Below, piece by piece: positions 28,180 through 38,978 of a stretch of 64,000 bases of DNA. Within the stretch, counting starts at the first letter, position 1; every line of letters begins with the position of its first letter. The notes under the pieces are model-generated. The model was not told where the DNA came from. It saw only the letters and a program-made list of their open reading frames with translations, and did not search any database. Source of the DNA: Negaprion brevirostris (taxonomy: Eukaryota); NCBI GenBank assembly GCA_030324005.1, contig JARDVH010000099.1, forward strand, positions 51,816,436-51,880,435. Direction: 5' to 3'. A program made the position numbers and the translations under genes.

Positions 28180-28360
28180 AATAACAAAGAACAGTACAGC
28201 ACGGGAGCAGGCCCTACGGCCCATCAAACCTGTGCCAATCATGTTGTCCTACCTAAACCAACTGTCTGTATCCCTCTATACTCCGCCTGTGTGTGTGCCT
28301 ATCCAGATAGGTCTTAAATGTTGCTAACATATCTGCCTCAACCATCTCACTTGGCAGTGA
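28180..28360 (-). mobile_element. CR1 3' tail
   Basis: aacaaagaacagtacagcacgggagcaggccct.cggccc reversed tail. Confidence 0.75.
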
Positions 28361-28384
28361 CGCCAAGCATTTTTTCTTTCAGCT

Positions 28385-29110
28385 ATGCAAATCCCAAGGC
28401 AAAGCAAAGCAACGCACTTGGCAGTTAAACATATAGGCACCATTAAAATTGTCTAAAGATAAAGAACGCTTGAAGAAACACTATAAACTATTTTATTGTA
28501 ACAGGTTAGCAATGTCTCTTCCAGTGAGCAATTTTGCTTGATCCATCTCAAACACAGCTTTTATGATGATCCATGCATAATATTTCTTTTATTAAATTTC
28601 TGTCAAAATAGGTTTTGTGGAAAGTCATTAAAGAGATTTGTGCAACAAATGAACTTCAAACAATTAACATGGGAGCGGGGGCTGCACGTCAGAATTGTAT
28701 ATGTGAGGGACAACTGCTTTCTAGCAGATTAATGACCTTCTGCAAGTTGCAGAATAAAATCCAAACTGCAATTATCACCATAGCAACATTCAAAGCAACA
28801 TGGCACAAAGAATCAACAATCTGCCTTTTTTTCTGAAGGAAAAGCAGTAACACTGAATACACTCACTCTCATTAATGGTAACATTTCTTCAAAACTGCAA
28901 TTCCATGTGTTTTTCCAACAAAAAAGTTAGTTCATTGAATAATCATATATGACATCATCAAACATGTTTTATAAATTGAAAAAGACAGACTTTGCTCTTG
29001 AGAGACTTATGGAATTTTTTATTTATAACATGCACTGTATGAAAGAAAGTTATATCAACCCATTCATGACGGATCTGTGAGAATCAAACATTTTATGAAG
29101 ACATTTTTAC
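28385..29110 (+). pseudogene. Array ORF K (plus-strand jelly-roll capsid-like gene)
   Basis: With frameshifts: KDKERLKKHYKLFYCNRL..; WERGLHVRIVYVRDN (VRIVYVRDN at 28688-28714, cf. geminivirus VMFFLVRDR); INDLLQVAE*NPNCNYHHSNIQSNMAQRINNLPFFLKEK/VTLNTL; ETYGIFYL*HALYERKLYQPIHDGSVRI/TFYED (cf. KIRIYFYD). Confidence 0.75.
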
Positions 29111-29159
29111 CTGGGTTGGTGAATATTTCACATTTTCCAGTTACTGATATGATAATTCA

Positions 29160-30812
29160 GATTTTAATAGGGATTCTTGCAGCTTTTCAACCCCTGAAGC
29201 GTAATTCAGTCAATGTTACCCTTGTGCATACAGGATTTCAACTACTTTCCTTTCTTTTGCATCTCATCTACAGCAAAGCTATATAGTTCCAAAACCAGAT
29301 GAAATGAAAAAAGACATTATACAGATATGGGCACCAAGCAGGGAAAAAAAAGCCAGGGTTCAAAATCATTTTGGATAGTTTCAAAGCAGTTTGTATTGTC
29401 ACCAAAATTTTAAAAACATATTTATATTCCAACCATTAATCAATTCTTTCACAAATGAATAGAGAAAGCTTTGCAGAAATTCTTGCCATTGCATACTTGT
29501 AATGTTGTGGGGTTAGTTGGAAAATAATGAAGACATTGGCTGCAAAGTAGGAGCAGGTCTGAAAATGAGCAGAGGTATTGCAACAAGCAATTAACCTGCA
29601 GCCGTTGCTTCCGATAGGTAGCACTAAATTTCGTGCTGGCTGCAAATTTGTATGATAAGCTGCATGCAGCACACACTAAACATGTTCCTGAGTGACTGCA
29701 CGCCCCAACAGTGATCTCACATTCATGCAGTGCTAACACCATTCAAAGATAGCTTCTAATCTACAACTCTTGAAGTGAAGATGCATATTGGTTGGAAGAG
29801 GTACTGGTCTTGTTGCAAAAGAAAGAGTCAGAAAGAAAAATACTGGATTAAGGCACAACTGAGCTGAGAACATGCTCCAAGTTTCTCTGACGCTGATCTG
29901 CTGGCACAGTGGTGACAGTGGAAAGGAGTGACGTCTTCTACCACAGGGGGCCAGCAAGCCCTCCATACAAATGCTCAGAAGGTAACAGGAATTTGGATGC
30001 AGTGATGGAAGAAATTCAGTGACCTCACAGGAATGGTCAAGATCAGTGAATTAATCTTCAAACATCATACCTCACCAACTATTAGCCACACATACTTCTC
30101 AATTTGATGAAGCTCCCAGCATTTACCAATCACAATCACTATCAACTGTGCCTGATGTATCACATTCAAAGCTTCACCTTCCTTTGCATAATTCACACCA
30201 AGCCTTACATTCATATCACAGAGCTGGCACACATTGCCAACTGTTCAATCATGACAACCATATACCCAAATATATTGCACCACATTCACTGACACAGTTC
30301 TACCTTTCTTGCAGGAAAGGTGACTGGGATGTTGCCTGAAAGGTATGATTCTGTCAGGATAGATCAGTCTGTGGACAATGATCCCAATTTTGATGCAAGT
30401 TCCCATACATTGGTGAAGATGCGTTGACTGGTCTAACATTGATCACTGTCTTAAAATTTTCAACTGATCAAGCAGTGAAAGATTTTTGAGAAGATAGTCC
30501 CAAATTTGTGTGAAAAAATGCTTCCTGACATAATCGAGTTTTAAATTAAAATTTTGCCTCTTTGTTTTAGATTCCCCCACCAGAGGAAATACTTCATCTG
30601 TGTCTACAACATCAATCATTTTTATCACTTAAAGAACTCAAGAACATCACCCTCAACTACCTAAACTCAAGAACTTAAGTCACGTTCATCTAAATTTTAC
30701 ATATAATATGGTTTTCTCCCTTCTCGTGACCACATCTTAACAAGACAAGGCTTGTCAGTGCAAATTGCATCATATTTGCATAATAAATGAAAATGTGCAA
30801 AATCTGAAAATC
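29160..30812 (-). pseudogene. Array ORF J (fragmented by Harbinger relic and CR1)
   Basis: DFAHFHLLCKYDAICTDKPCLVKMWSREGRKPYYM (~30810-30700), then after the insertions PQHYKYAMARISAKLSLFICERID*WLEYKYVFKILVT (~29510-29390). Same strand-motif order as its neighbours but heavily degraded. Confidence 0.35.
29545..30440 (+). mobile_element. PIF/Harbinger transposon relic (Myb/SANT-like ORF fragment)
   Basis: EHAPSFSDADL..RSDVFY..WMQ*WKKFSDLTGMVK at ~29867-30042 matches the Harbinger Myb/SANT pattern (RAPRFSD..QCRKKFNDL). Confidence 0.65.
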
Positions 30813-31250
30813 AGAAATAAGAACAGAAAATGCTGGTCAGTGAATATCTGTACAGATGACAAAGGGTCCACATCTGAAATGGTGCAATTTGTCTTTTCTC
30901 TTTATGGCTGCTAACTGATCTTCTCTACAGTTCCTGCATTTACTGTTCTTACTTCATTTTATCAATGGGAGTACCCAAGCACCAAAATAGTTACTTGATT
31001 GGTGATAAATAGATCACTTTATGGTTGTCTTGCCAATAAACGTGGCAGATCTACAATTTAAAATCAAAGAGAAATGTGGAAAATTGACTGCCACGATGCC
31101 CCTCCACAGAGAAAGACTTAGAGAATTAAGTNNNNNNNNNNNNNNNNNNNNNNNNNNNNNNNNNNNNNNNNNNNNNNNNNNNAAAAAACTATGTACTTGT
31201 AATTGCAACCACAGTGCTGCCTAATGAAAATATCAATTCAACACAGCTGT

Positions 31251-32172
31251 TCAATTAACTTTAACTTGCAGCCACATTACCCTACACTGCAGTAATTGAT
31301 CTTTAGAATGTGCCTTTGGTACAGCAATGACCAAAGAGAGTGCTGAGAAGGTACAAGGCAAGAGGAGAAGACATTATGTGCTGTCAAGGAACATGTCTAT
31401 ATGCTGTGATTGGAGAAGACTGTTTGGAACAAAACGACATTCTAAATTTATAATTCAAGTAATGTTCACCTTTCAAACTTAAATCAAATTCTTAAATAAT
31501 TCTAACTTTTAGCTTCCTATTTTCGATGATGATTAGCTTCCAACTTTCATTTGTATTTTGACTTAGAAGAAGTGTGTATTTTCTCTTGTGTGGTGTCCCT
31601 TTTAAAAAAAAAAGTGGCCTGGGAAGGTTTTGAAAGAGGGTAACTAGATTTTTTAATTATCACATCATTCGGTTCCAAGAACGCCCGTGCGATCCGGGAT
31701 TGCCAATGGAATAAACAGTTAATAAGTAAAGGATAAATAGAAAGCTAATTACAGTGGGCTGGGGTCAGCTATTTTTTCTGCTTAGCAGTTCAGAACACTT
31801 GGAATTAGTGCAAAGAATAAATAGGCTAGGTTATATCCGAATGAAAGTTTTTTTTGTTTGACAGTCTTCAGACATATCTTGGTGACGAAGCAGGTTTCTG
31901 AGAATACAACCAAAACTATGGTGGAATGCTGTGGACGTAATGGGATCTCAACCCGTGATGAAGATCAGTAGGAATCCCATGTCGCCTCTTTTAAGGAAAG
32001 CTGCATCTTATTCCAATCAGGCGCTTGACAGGCCAGCAGTGGGATTCCACAGGATCACAGATCCTGGGGAAATAAGTCCCACCTACCAAGAGCTATTTTT
32101 CTTCCCTTTTAGTTCCCACGTTACATCATTTACTGTCTGAAAGGATAGAAAGTAATGTTGCTGTAACACCAT
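31251..32172 (-). pseudogene. Array ORF I (capsid-like paralogue), split by a repeat at ~31935-32095
   Basis: Start MVLQQHYFLSFQTVNDVTWELKGK parallels ORF G (VYRKYYRIVFFGIKDISYLL) and ORF F (MVKQQ). Later WKLIIIENRKLKVRII*EFDLSLKGEHYLNYKF..IMSSPLALYLLST..MWLQVKVN*. Confidence 0.55.
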
Positions 32173-32234
32173 GATCAAGTGACCCTATTTCCATGGCCAT
32201 GTTATTTGTTATTACAAATGTGCCTCCTATATTG

Positions 32235-33180
32235 CTAAGATAAATACCATTCCAATTTAATATTCAGATGAAGCTTCCACCTATTTGAGGCCAGCAATTC
32301 CATTAAAAATGTTGGCAGAAAATGAGGTGGGCCAAAAATGACTGGACGTCTAATGTAATTAGACTTTTCCCCAGTTTTCCAATTGGAGATCTATTAGCTT
32401 TGTCAGTCGCCTTCCCTTTCTCCTCCCACAAGATGAGATGAGACAAGGAAAAAGTAATGACATGTATGAATGTTCAGAATCATCTTTTTGCAGTCAGCAG
32501 AACATTTCTGAACAGGTTTCAAGTTCATGTTTTCATGTATTCTTGAACTGCAGATATTCCCTGAAGTCATCTACCTGAAAGTTGGGAATCAGGTAGATAG
32601 GGTTGTTAGGAAGGCGTACGGTGTCTTGGCGTTTATTGGTAGGGGGATTGNNNNNNNNNNNNNNNNNNNNNNNNNNNNNNNNNNNNNNNNNNNNNNNNNN
32701 NNNNNNNNNNNNNNNNNNNNNNNNNNNNNNNNNNNNNNNNNNNNNNNNNNTTGCTTTTTAACTGGTCGGCGCAACATCATGGGCCGAAGGGCCTGTTCTG
32801 CGCTGTAATGTTCTATGTTCTATGTTCATCTGAAAGGATCTTGTGCAAAGAAGCTCTTTATCACTTGTGACCATTACAGTTACAGGAAGCCCTTGAAGCT
32901 GTCCACAAATCAACACGCAGCTTAGTCACTGCACTTAAAAAAAGATAATAAAGACAGGTCTCTGGGTCTGAATCGCAAGATCTCTGGAACAACAATACTG
33001 CCTGAGGTGCCACTGGACTTAAGATGTTGCCCAGTCACGAACATGTCTTCCTTATCCATTTCATACAGCATATAGGAATACCTTCATTTTCTATCCTCCC
33101 AACTTTATCAGTTGCAAATTGTAAAGCAACAGCATCATGGTTGATCTCTAACCCAACTGAGTGATCTAGTAAGTATCTGG
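32235..33180 (-). pseudogene. Array ORF H (frameshifted; possibly two ORFs), split by CR1 at ~32585-32826
   Basis: Segments RYLLDHSVGLEINHDAVALQF; VQ*LSCVLICGQLQGLPVTVMVTSDKELLCTRSFQ [CR1] VDDFREYLQFKNT*KHELETCSEMFC*LQKDD; and NYIRRPVIFGPPHFLPTFLMELLASNRWKLHLNIKLEWYLS* ending at 32235. Confidence 0.5.
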
Positions 33181-33369
33181 GTTGCATCAAACTGCTACAG
33201 TGTGATGAGTCAAGAAGGCTTACCACCATCTTATTACTGCAAACAGAAGTGAACAATTAATGTTAGTCTAACCAATGATACCCACATTCCTAAAATGAAT
33301 TTAAGATCTGATCAGATTTGCGGAATCCTGCAACATGAAGGTTTTCCTATTTGTGAGTTTGACTGCATA

Positions 33370-33996
33370 GAGCTCAGAAACAAGTAGCATTTTGAATGAA
33401 ACTACTGCATCAACTGGCAATCTTGAAGAATTTTTAACTTACTGATAATGAGAAGTAGAGCAGAACTTTCTACTCAGACAAGCAATTGCACATTTGGGTG
33501 ATGTCACCAAGGTGCATTATATACATGGGAAAAAGGAACTGGATGGGCAAGAAGAAACTTTTCATATTTCCTTTGGAAATACTTTTACATCTGTGTTGTT
33601 TGTAGGACAAAGAGAATAGTACCCTGCAAGCAAAGATACATCAGATTCAGACAACATCCAGCCATCATAATCTTAGAACAGAGCCAAATAGGCAGAAGAA
33701 TGTTTAACTGGATTTGCCTGAGGAACTCCGTCTTCATAAAATGTAATTCACAAGACAGGCTGTGACAGTCATGCAGTATACTGGAATCTAATCTTCAGCC
33801 AAACTGCATCGCAGGCATAGTCAAGGTCACCTCAGTTTTCAACTTCTGTGCCTTGTTGCCCATTGCACTCTGTCCAGAAGACATCAACAATGTCTGTCAA
33901 TATGTAACTCACAGGCGTATCAAGTAGGTAACTGATATCCTTTATGCCAAAGAACACAATTCTATAATATTTCCTATAGACTGCTAGAGGCAACAT
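33370..33996 (-). pseudogene. Array ORF G (jelly-roll capsid-like)
   Basis: ATG 33996, 9 nt after the ORF F stop: MLPLAVYRKYYRIVFFGIKDISYLLDTPVSYILTDIVDVFWTECNGQQGTEVEN*GDLDYACDAVWLKIRFQYTA*LSQPVL*ITFYEDG... QGxxxxNRGD resembles the CRESS capsid QG..N.R.GD motif. The C-terminal LSE*KVLLYFSLS../..LPVDAVVSFKML resembles geminivirus ENALLLYMAC..NPVYATMKIRI. Confidence 0.75.
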
Positions 33997-34005
33997 GAGA
34001 GGTCA

Positions 34006-35330
34006 CTACATTATTTCTAAATTCACGATTCCTTAAAGTGTAGGGGCATCAATGTCACCTTCATGTGCCTATGGATTGGGGACATTGTCTTAAAAGTGAG
34101 ACCTCTTATTTTTAAATTAAGATGAGGAGAAACTTTTTTCCTCTTGAAGAGTTGCTGATGTGTAGAATTCTCTTCCCAAGAAAATGGTGGAGGCAGGCCC
34201 TTTGAATTTATTCAAAGAAGATTTAGACACATTTTAATAAGGTGAAGAAGCCATGTATTATGGTGGTCAGACAGGAAAATGGAGCTGAGACCACAACCAA
34301 ATCAGCCATGATCTTATTGAATGGTGGAGGAGTCTATTTGAAAGGCCAAATAGCTTACTCTTGTTCCTATGCTATATGTTTCTAGGATCCAGATGAAGAA
34401 TAATCACTTGCAGCAAGAATATAAAAATGACAAGTAGGAGGTGCATTCTGTTGTTGCAAAAACACGTTAGAGTCATTCATCAGACTTCCTTTATATCTCC
34501 TTAATTTTCATTCATCCATTACATCAATAAAACCGCGTTCATCTTCATCACGCCATCACCAAAAGTAACTTCAGTTGTAATATACTTAGTTACAGATAAA
34601 CTAACAAGTATGTCATCCTTCTCATCCAGCAACACATTATTCAATACCATGGAAGAAACTCATTGATTAGAGTCAAACATCAGTGTATCCAAATTATAAT
34701 ATTCTAAGAATTGTTGTATTCAGCTCAGTGGATCCCTTTGTTGATCTGCGTAACGACAAAAGATTTCGATTCTAAACTATGCACTTTCTACATCCTCTTC
34801 TCATGACAAAAGTCATTGAAGTTGTTGGATTCCTGTGTTCTTAATAATTCCTCTGCCACCAATGCTCAGTTGAAGCAGTCTACAAGATGCATTGCAGCAA
34901 TTCACCAAAGATCCTTACACAGCACATTAAACCCACAGCCATTTCCATCTAGAAGGACAAGGGCAGCAGATCATGGTAACACGATCACCTGCAAGTTCTC
35001 CTCCAAGAAACTCATCATCCTGACTTGGAAATATATCGCCATTTCTGTGCCGTTGCTGGATCAAAATCCTGNNNNNNNNNNNNAGCCCCTTCTCAAGGGC
35101 AACTACAGATGGGTAATAAATGCTGGCCAGCTAGCGACACCCATGTTCCATGAATGAATTTTTAAAAATATAGTAAGGTGGCTCCTTATTTCCAAAAGAC
35201 GGGTCACAAAAATGCCCAATTATTATATGTTCTTGCATGTTTTCTGATACCCCTATATTTATTTCAATGGGTGGTATGAGGTGTAGATATGTTGTCATTC
35301 TTAGAAAGTCGATAGCTGCTGCTTTACCAT
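34006..35330 (-). pseudogene. Array ORF F (jelly-roll capsid-like), split by LINE fragments at ~34075-34385 and ~34880-35168
   Basis: MVKQQ..; IPPIEINIGVSEN..KEPPYY [LINE] LLQLSIGGRGIIKNTGIQQLQ*LLS*EEDVESA*FRIEIFCRYADQQRDPLS*IQQFLEYYNLDTLMFDSNQ*VSSMVLNNVLLDEKDDILVSLSVTKYITTEVTFGDG (fs) DEDERGFIDVMDE*KLRRYKGSLMNDSNVFLQQQNAPPTCHFYILAASDYSSSGS [LINE] AHEGDIDAPTL*GIVNLEIM*. Confidence 0.75.
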
Positions 35331-35346
35331 GCGTACTGATTGCTAT

Positions 35347-35846
35347 GAACATAACAAAGGAAATCAGAGCAGAAATACAGCCCCTCAATGCTGCTCCTCT
35401 ATTCAATGTGATCGTGAAAAATATTCAGCCTCAACTATACTTTCCCATATCCTTTGATTCCCTGAGAGACCAAAAATCTGTAACATCTCAGCATTAATGG
35501 AACATTCATGTCCTTCTAGGGTACAGAATTCCAAAGACTCACAACCTTAAGAGTGAAGAGTTTTCTCTTCATCTCAGTCCTAAATGATCAGTCACTCACC
35601 CTTATACTGTCCCACGTGCTCTAGCTTCCCTGGTCTGAGGGAAACAACCACCTTGGTGTCTATCCTGTCAATCTGCCTCTGAATCATATACGTTTCAATG
35701 AGATCAACTTTCATTCTTCTGAATTTCAGGTAATAAAGGCACAATTTGCTCAGCCTCAGAGGACAACCCCATCATCCCAGGGACTGATCGAGTGAACTTA
35801 CACTCTACTGCCACCTGTGCAAGTATATCCTTCCATAAATATGGAG
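35347..35846 (-). mobile_element. CR1 3' fragment between array ORFs E and F
   Basis: Reversed CR1 tail and gaattccaaaga.tcacaacc..gagtgaaga..ttt.tc.tcatctcagtcctaaatg. Confidence 0.8.
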
Positions 35847-37340
35847 AATTTCACACTTGGCATGTGGTGGGTCCAGAAATGGATGTAAAATCCACTCCTG
35901 GGCAAAATTGTGTCCTCAACGCTGATTGAGTCAGCCCAGCATGAAACAGGTCTTCCAGTTGGCCTGACAGTGAGAGTAGGGGTGGGAACTAGTTGGCCAC
36001 CAGGTCCATTGCAAAATCAGGATCGGTGGAGAGGGGAGGCGCAGGGGGATTGTCTAAAAATACTGCAGGCAGCACCTGGAGAGCAGCCAGTGTTTGTGGG
36101 GGAGACAGAGGGAACTTTCTGTAATTGTAGAATTGTTTGTGAGAATGACCTTCTGGTGTGTACTGAAGTGGATGGGCAAAATAGTTGGGCACTGTGTCCC
36201 AAGATGTAAGTGCCATATGAGCTGCCAGCGTAAAGGGCATTTCTACAAAAATAGAAAATTGCTGGGAATACACAGCAGCCTTGACCGACACAAAAAAAAC
36301 AAGTAGGCTTACATTAACACTGCAATGAAGTTACTGTGAAAATCCCCTAGTCGCCACATTCTGGCACCAGTTCGGGAGAATTTAGCATGGCTGATGCATC
36401 ACACCAGNNNNNNNNNNNNNNNNNNNNNNNNNNNNNNNNNNNNNNNNNNNNNNNNNNNNNNNNNNNNNNNNNNNNNNNNNNNNNNNNNNNNNNNNNNNNN
36501 NNNNNNNGTTACTGTGAAAATCCCCTAGTCGCCACATTCTGGCACCAGTTCGGGAGAATTTAGCATGGCTGATGCATCAAACCAGCATCTCTTTCAGACT
36601 GTGGGAGGAAACTGGAGCACCTGGAGGAAACCCACACAGACACGGACAGAATGTGCAGACTCTGCACACACAATCACCCAAGCTGGGATTAGCACCTGGG
36701 TCCATGGCACTGTAAGGTAGCAGTGCTTGCCACTGTGCCACCCACCCACTGTATCCTGTGGTCATAGATAAATCGGTATGTTCATTGACCGTTGACAAAG
36801 ACATCTGGCTCATCTACTGGTGCCTCGATGGTTACGAGTGCAATCTGTGGCACTCTCAATATGGGGGGAGCCTCAAAGTCTCTGGCTGTCTCAACCTGGC
36901 TGGCCTCATCTGTCTGATAATGGATAAACGTGAGGACATGTGTGAAGTGAGTGTCAGTGATGAGCTTGATGCAACTGGGTGCAATCGATTGGGACACACC
37001 ACACAGATCCCTATTAAGCCCTGGAATAGAAATTGAGAGCCACTGTGACCTTCAAAGGCATTGGCATGAGGTGTCCACCCACATAGTTGTAGGTGATTTC
37101 TGGCAAAATCATTTGGCATATTGCTGTCCCCGTGTCCCTAGAGTGCCAGAGCCTCCTTCAGCACCAGACCTTTGACAGGTTGAGGTGGTTGAAGTTTCTA
37201 TCCACAAGGTATTGGTGTCTACTGTAGACCCTACTGCTTTGACCTCCCTGCTGGCCCTGCACCAACTAAGTCCGTGCCTCTCCTCCTTAAGTTCTCTCTC
37301 TAGGATGTGCCCACATTCACCTGGTCTTCTCTCCTTTCTG
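35845..37340 (-). pseudogene. Array ORF E (long, GC-richer, Pro-rich capsid-like paralogue), split by HE1 SINE at ~36292-36750
   Basis: About 200 codons (37340-36745) with only three TGA stops, ending ..EPDVFVNGQ*TYRFIYDHRIQWV. Resumes after the SINE with VSVKAAVYSQQFSIFVEMPF..DNPPAPPLSTDPDF and, after one frameshift, ..WADSISVEDTILPRSGFYIHFWTHHMPSVKFS. Confidence 0.65.
36292..36750 (-). mobile_element. HE1-type SINE inserted in array ORF E
   Basis: Reverse-complement SINE; partly duplicated around the N-gap. Confidence 0.85.
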
Positions 37341-37342
37341 CT

Positions 37343-37968
37343 CTACTCTTTCTCTTCAGGGAGGTCCCAAAGACTGAATATACTATCCCCATGAAAAGAG
37401 ATGTAAAGACCTGTGCCTAGCTACTAAGGGTGACCGTACTGCAATCTTCTAACAAATTTTCCAGAGAAGGAGATCCTCAAATACTGCTGGGCAGACTGAA
37501 AATGCAACAGCAGTCAAAATGAATTCTGGCAGTACTCCAAACCATGACAACAGCAAAATCGCAAATGAACTGAAACTGTCTTTTATCCTTGGATAACAAC
37601 TTGATAAAACCTACCACCCGCCAGCCTGTTATAACTGTGCTATGAGCATAAAATTGTACAGGCAGTTTAAAATCATGATCAACAGGCTTTTTAATGGTCT
37701 TAATTGGTCCTTTAATTGTCAACGGACGCAGGTCCGACTACTGCACTCACCTGTTTGACCTCAATATTGCATGCTTGCACAATAGCATCAAAGTACACAC
37801 CCAACATCATTTTGTACAATTTTACATCTATTTGGGTCAGGCACTCAGAACATAAAATTCAGGCCAATGAGAAATGAAATTTGTAAAGCCAAATTTACAG
37901 TTTTCTCAATGCATTTTCCAAGAAATTGAGAAACTTTCTTGTCAAACTCAACAAAGTACCTACATCAT
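37343..37968 (-). pseudogene. Array ORF D (short capsid-like paralogue), split by a repeat at ~37612-37865
   Basis: *CRYFVEFDKKVSQFLGKCIEKTVNLALQISFLI [insertion] RFYQVVIQG*KTVSVHLRFCCCHGLEYCQNSF*LLLHFQSAQQYLRISFSGKFVRRLQYGHP**LGTGLYISFHGDSIFSLWDLPEEKE*. Confidence 0.5.
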
Positions 37969-38295
37969 TGGGTGGCACAGTGGACAGTAGTTAGCACTGC
38001 TGCCTCACTGCATCAGAGATTCAGGTTCAGTTCCTGGCTTGGGTGACTATGTGTGTGGAGCTTGCATGTTCTCCCCATGTCTGCGTGGGTTTCCTCTGGA
38101 TACTCCGGTTTCCTCCCACACTTCAAAAATGTGTGGATTGGGTGTATTGGTCATGCTAAATTGCCCCTTAGTGTCAGGGGGACTAGTAGCATAAATATGT
38201 GAGGTTACGGGGATAGAGACTGGGTGGGATTGTTGTCGGTGCAGACTTGATGGGCCAAATGGCCTCTTTCTGCAGTGTAGGGATTAATTGATTCT
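37969..38295 (+). mobile_element. HE1-type SINE (full length)
   Basis: gggtggcacagtgg..ttagcactgctgcctcac head through gatgggccaaatggcctc tail. Confidence 0.88.
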
Positions 38296-38409
38296 AAAAC
38301 CAAAATACTATGGATACTGGAAACCCAATACGAAAATGACTCAAAATGTTAATTCTGTTTCTCTCTCCACAGATGCTGCTGAGTTTTTCCAGCACACTCT
38401 GTTTTTATT

Positions 38410-38978
38410 TCAACAAAATACTAATTAAGCCTCCCCTTGTTGTTCCACTCTTCCTCTGGAATGAGGGAGCAACATGTGCAGATGCACCAGTTGTTGGTAG
38501 CTCCGTTAGATAACATTGATGAGATCTGAAGCCCTGCTGCAGGCTGACTTTGAGACCCTCATCCACGTATACTCCATGTATACTGCCTAAATCGGGGTAA
38601 TGGATAATGCAAGGTGTTGAGCAAATGTTGCTCACACCACCCAGACATGACTTCTGTTGAAACACCTGGTGAAGAAAAAGAGTGAGAAAGTTTGTGTTGT
38701 GTGATATCCAAGGGCCATTTTAACACTCAATCACTTGTAGTGGAGAAATGCATCACAAAAAATTGCAGATAGAAAAATCATGGTTCATCTGTCTGCAATT
38801 TCCTTCAAGTGCTGGGCCAGGGCAGCCATAAAATGAAGTTGCTGAGAATTCTTTCCTACCCCTAACTTCATTTCCCTCTACATTTTCTGCCCACAATGTG
38901 CAATCCAATCACCCCGTGCCTATACATTCAAGATGCTGCAGCTTTTGATTTTGCATTGTCTTTATTTCTTGTGGACAT
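38410..38978 (-). pseudogene. Array ORF C (capsid-like paralogue)
   Basis: MSTRNKDNAKSKAAAS*MYRHGVIGL.. (frameshift) ..FCDAFLHYK*LSVKMALGYHTTQTFSLFFFTR...QQLVHLHMLLPHSRGRVEQQGEA*LVFC*. Basic N-terminus; start overlaps the end of ORF B. Confidence 0.5.

Noticed and set aside
30700-30812. AHFHLL as a HUH Rep motif II
   Set aside because: No motif I, YxxK motif III or helicase follows. Its position fits the array's N-terminal xHYxL motif better.
33541-34860. Selenoprotein or alternative genetic code explaining the many TGA codons
   Set aside because: Frameshifts, TAA/TAG stops and TE insertions also disrupt the frames, and the TGAs sit at Arg-compatible positions, so CpG decay is the simpler explanation.
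37969-38045. tRNA genes in SINE heads
   Set aside because: The tRNA-like A/B boxes are the 5' part of HE1-type SINEs, followed by the SINE core rather than a complete cloverleaf.
38405-38665. Minus-strand ORF after an acceptor-like site as USH2A exon 4
   Set aside because: No frame resembles usherin VHxTKISFFING..QIGQS. The sequence is better explained as part of array ORF C.
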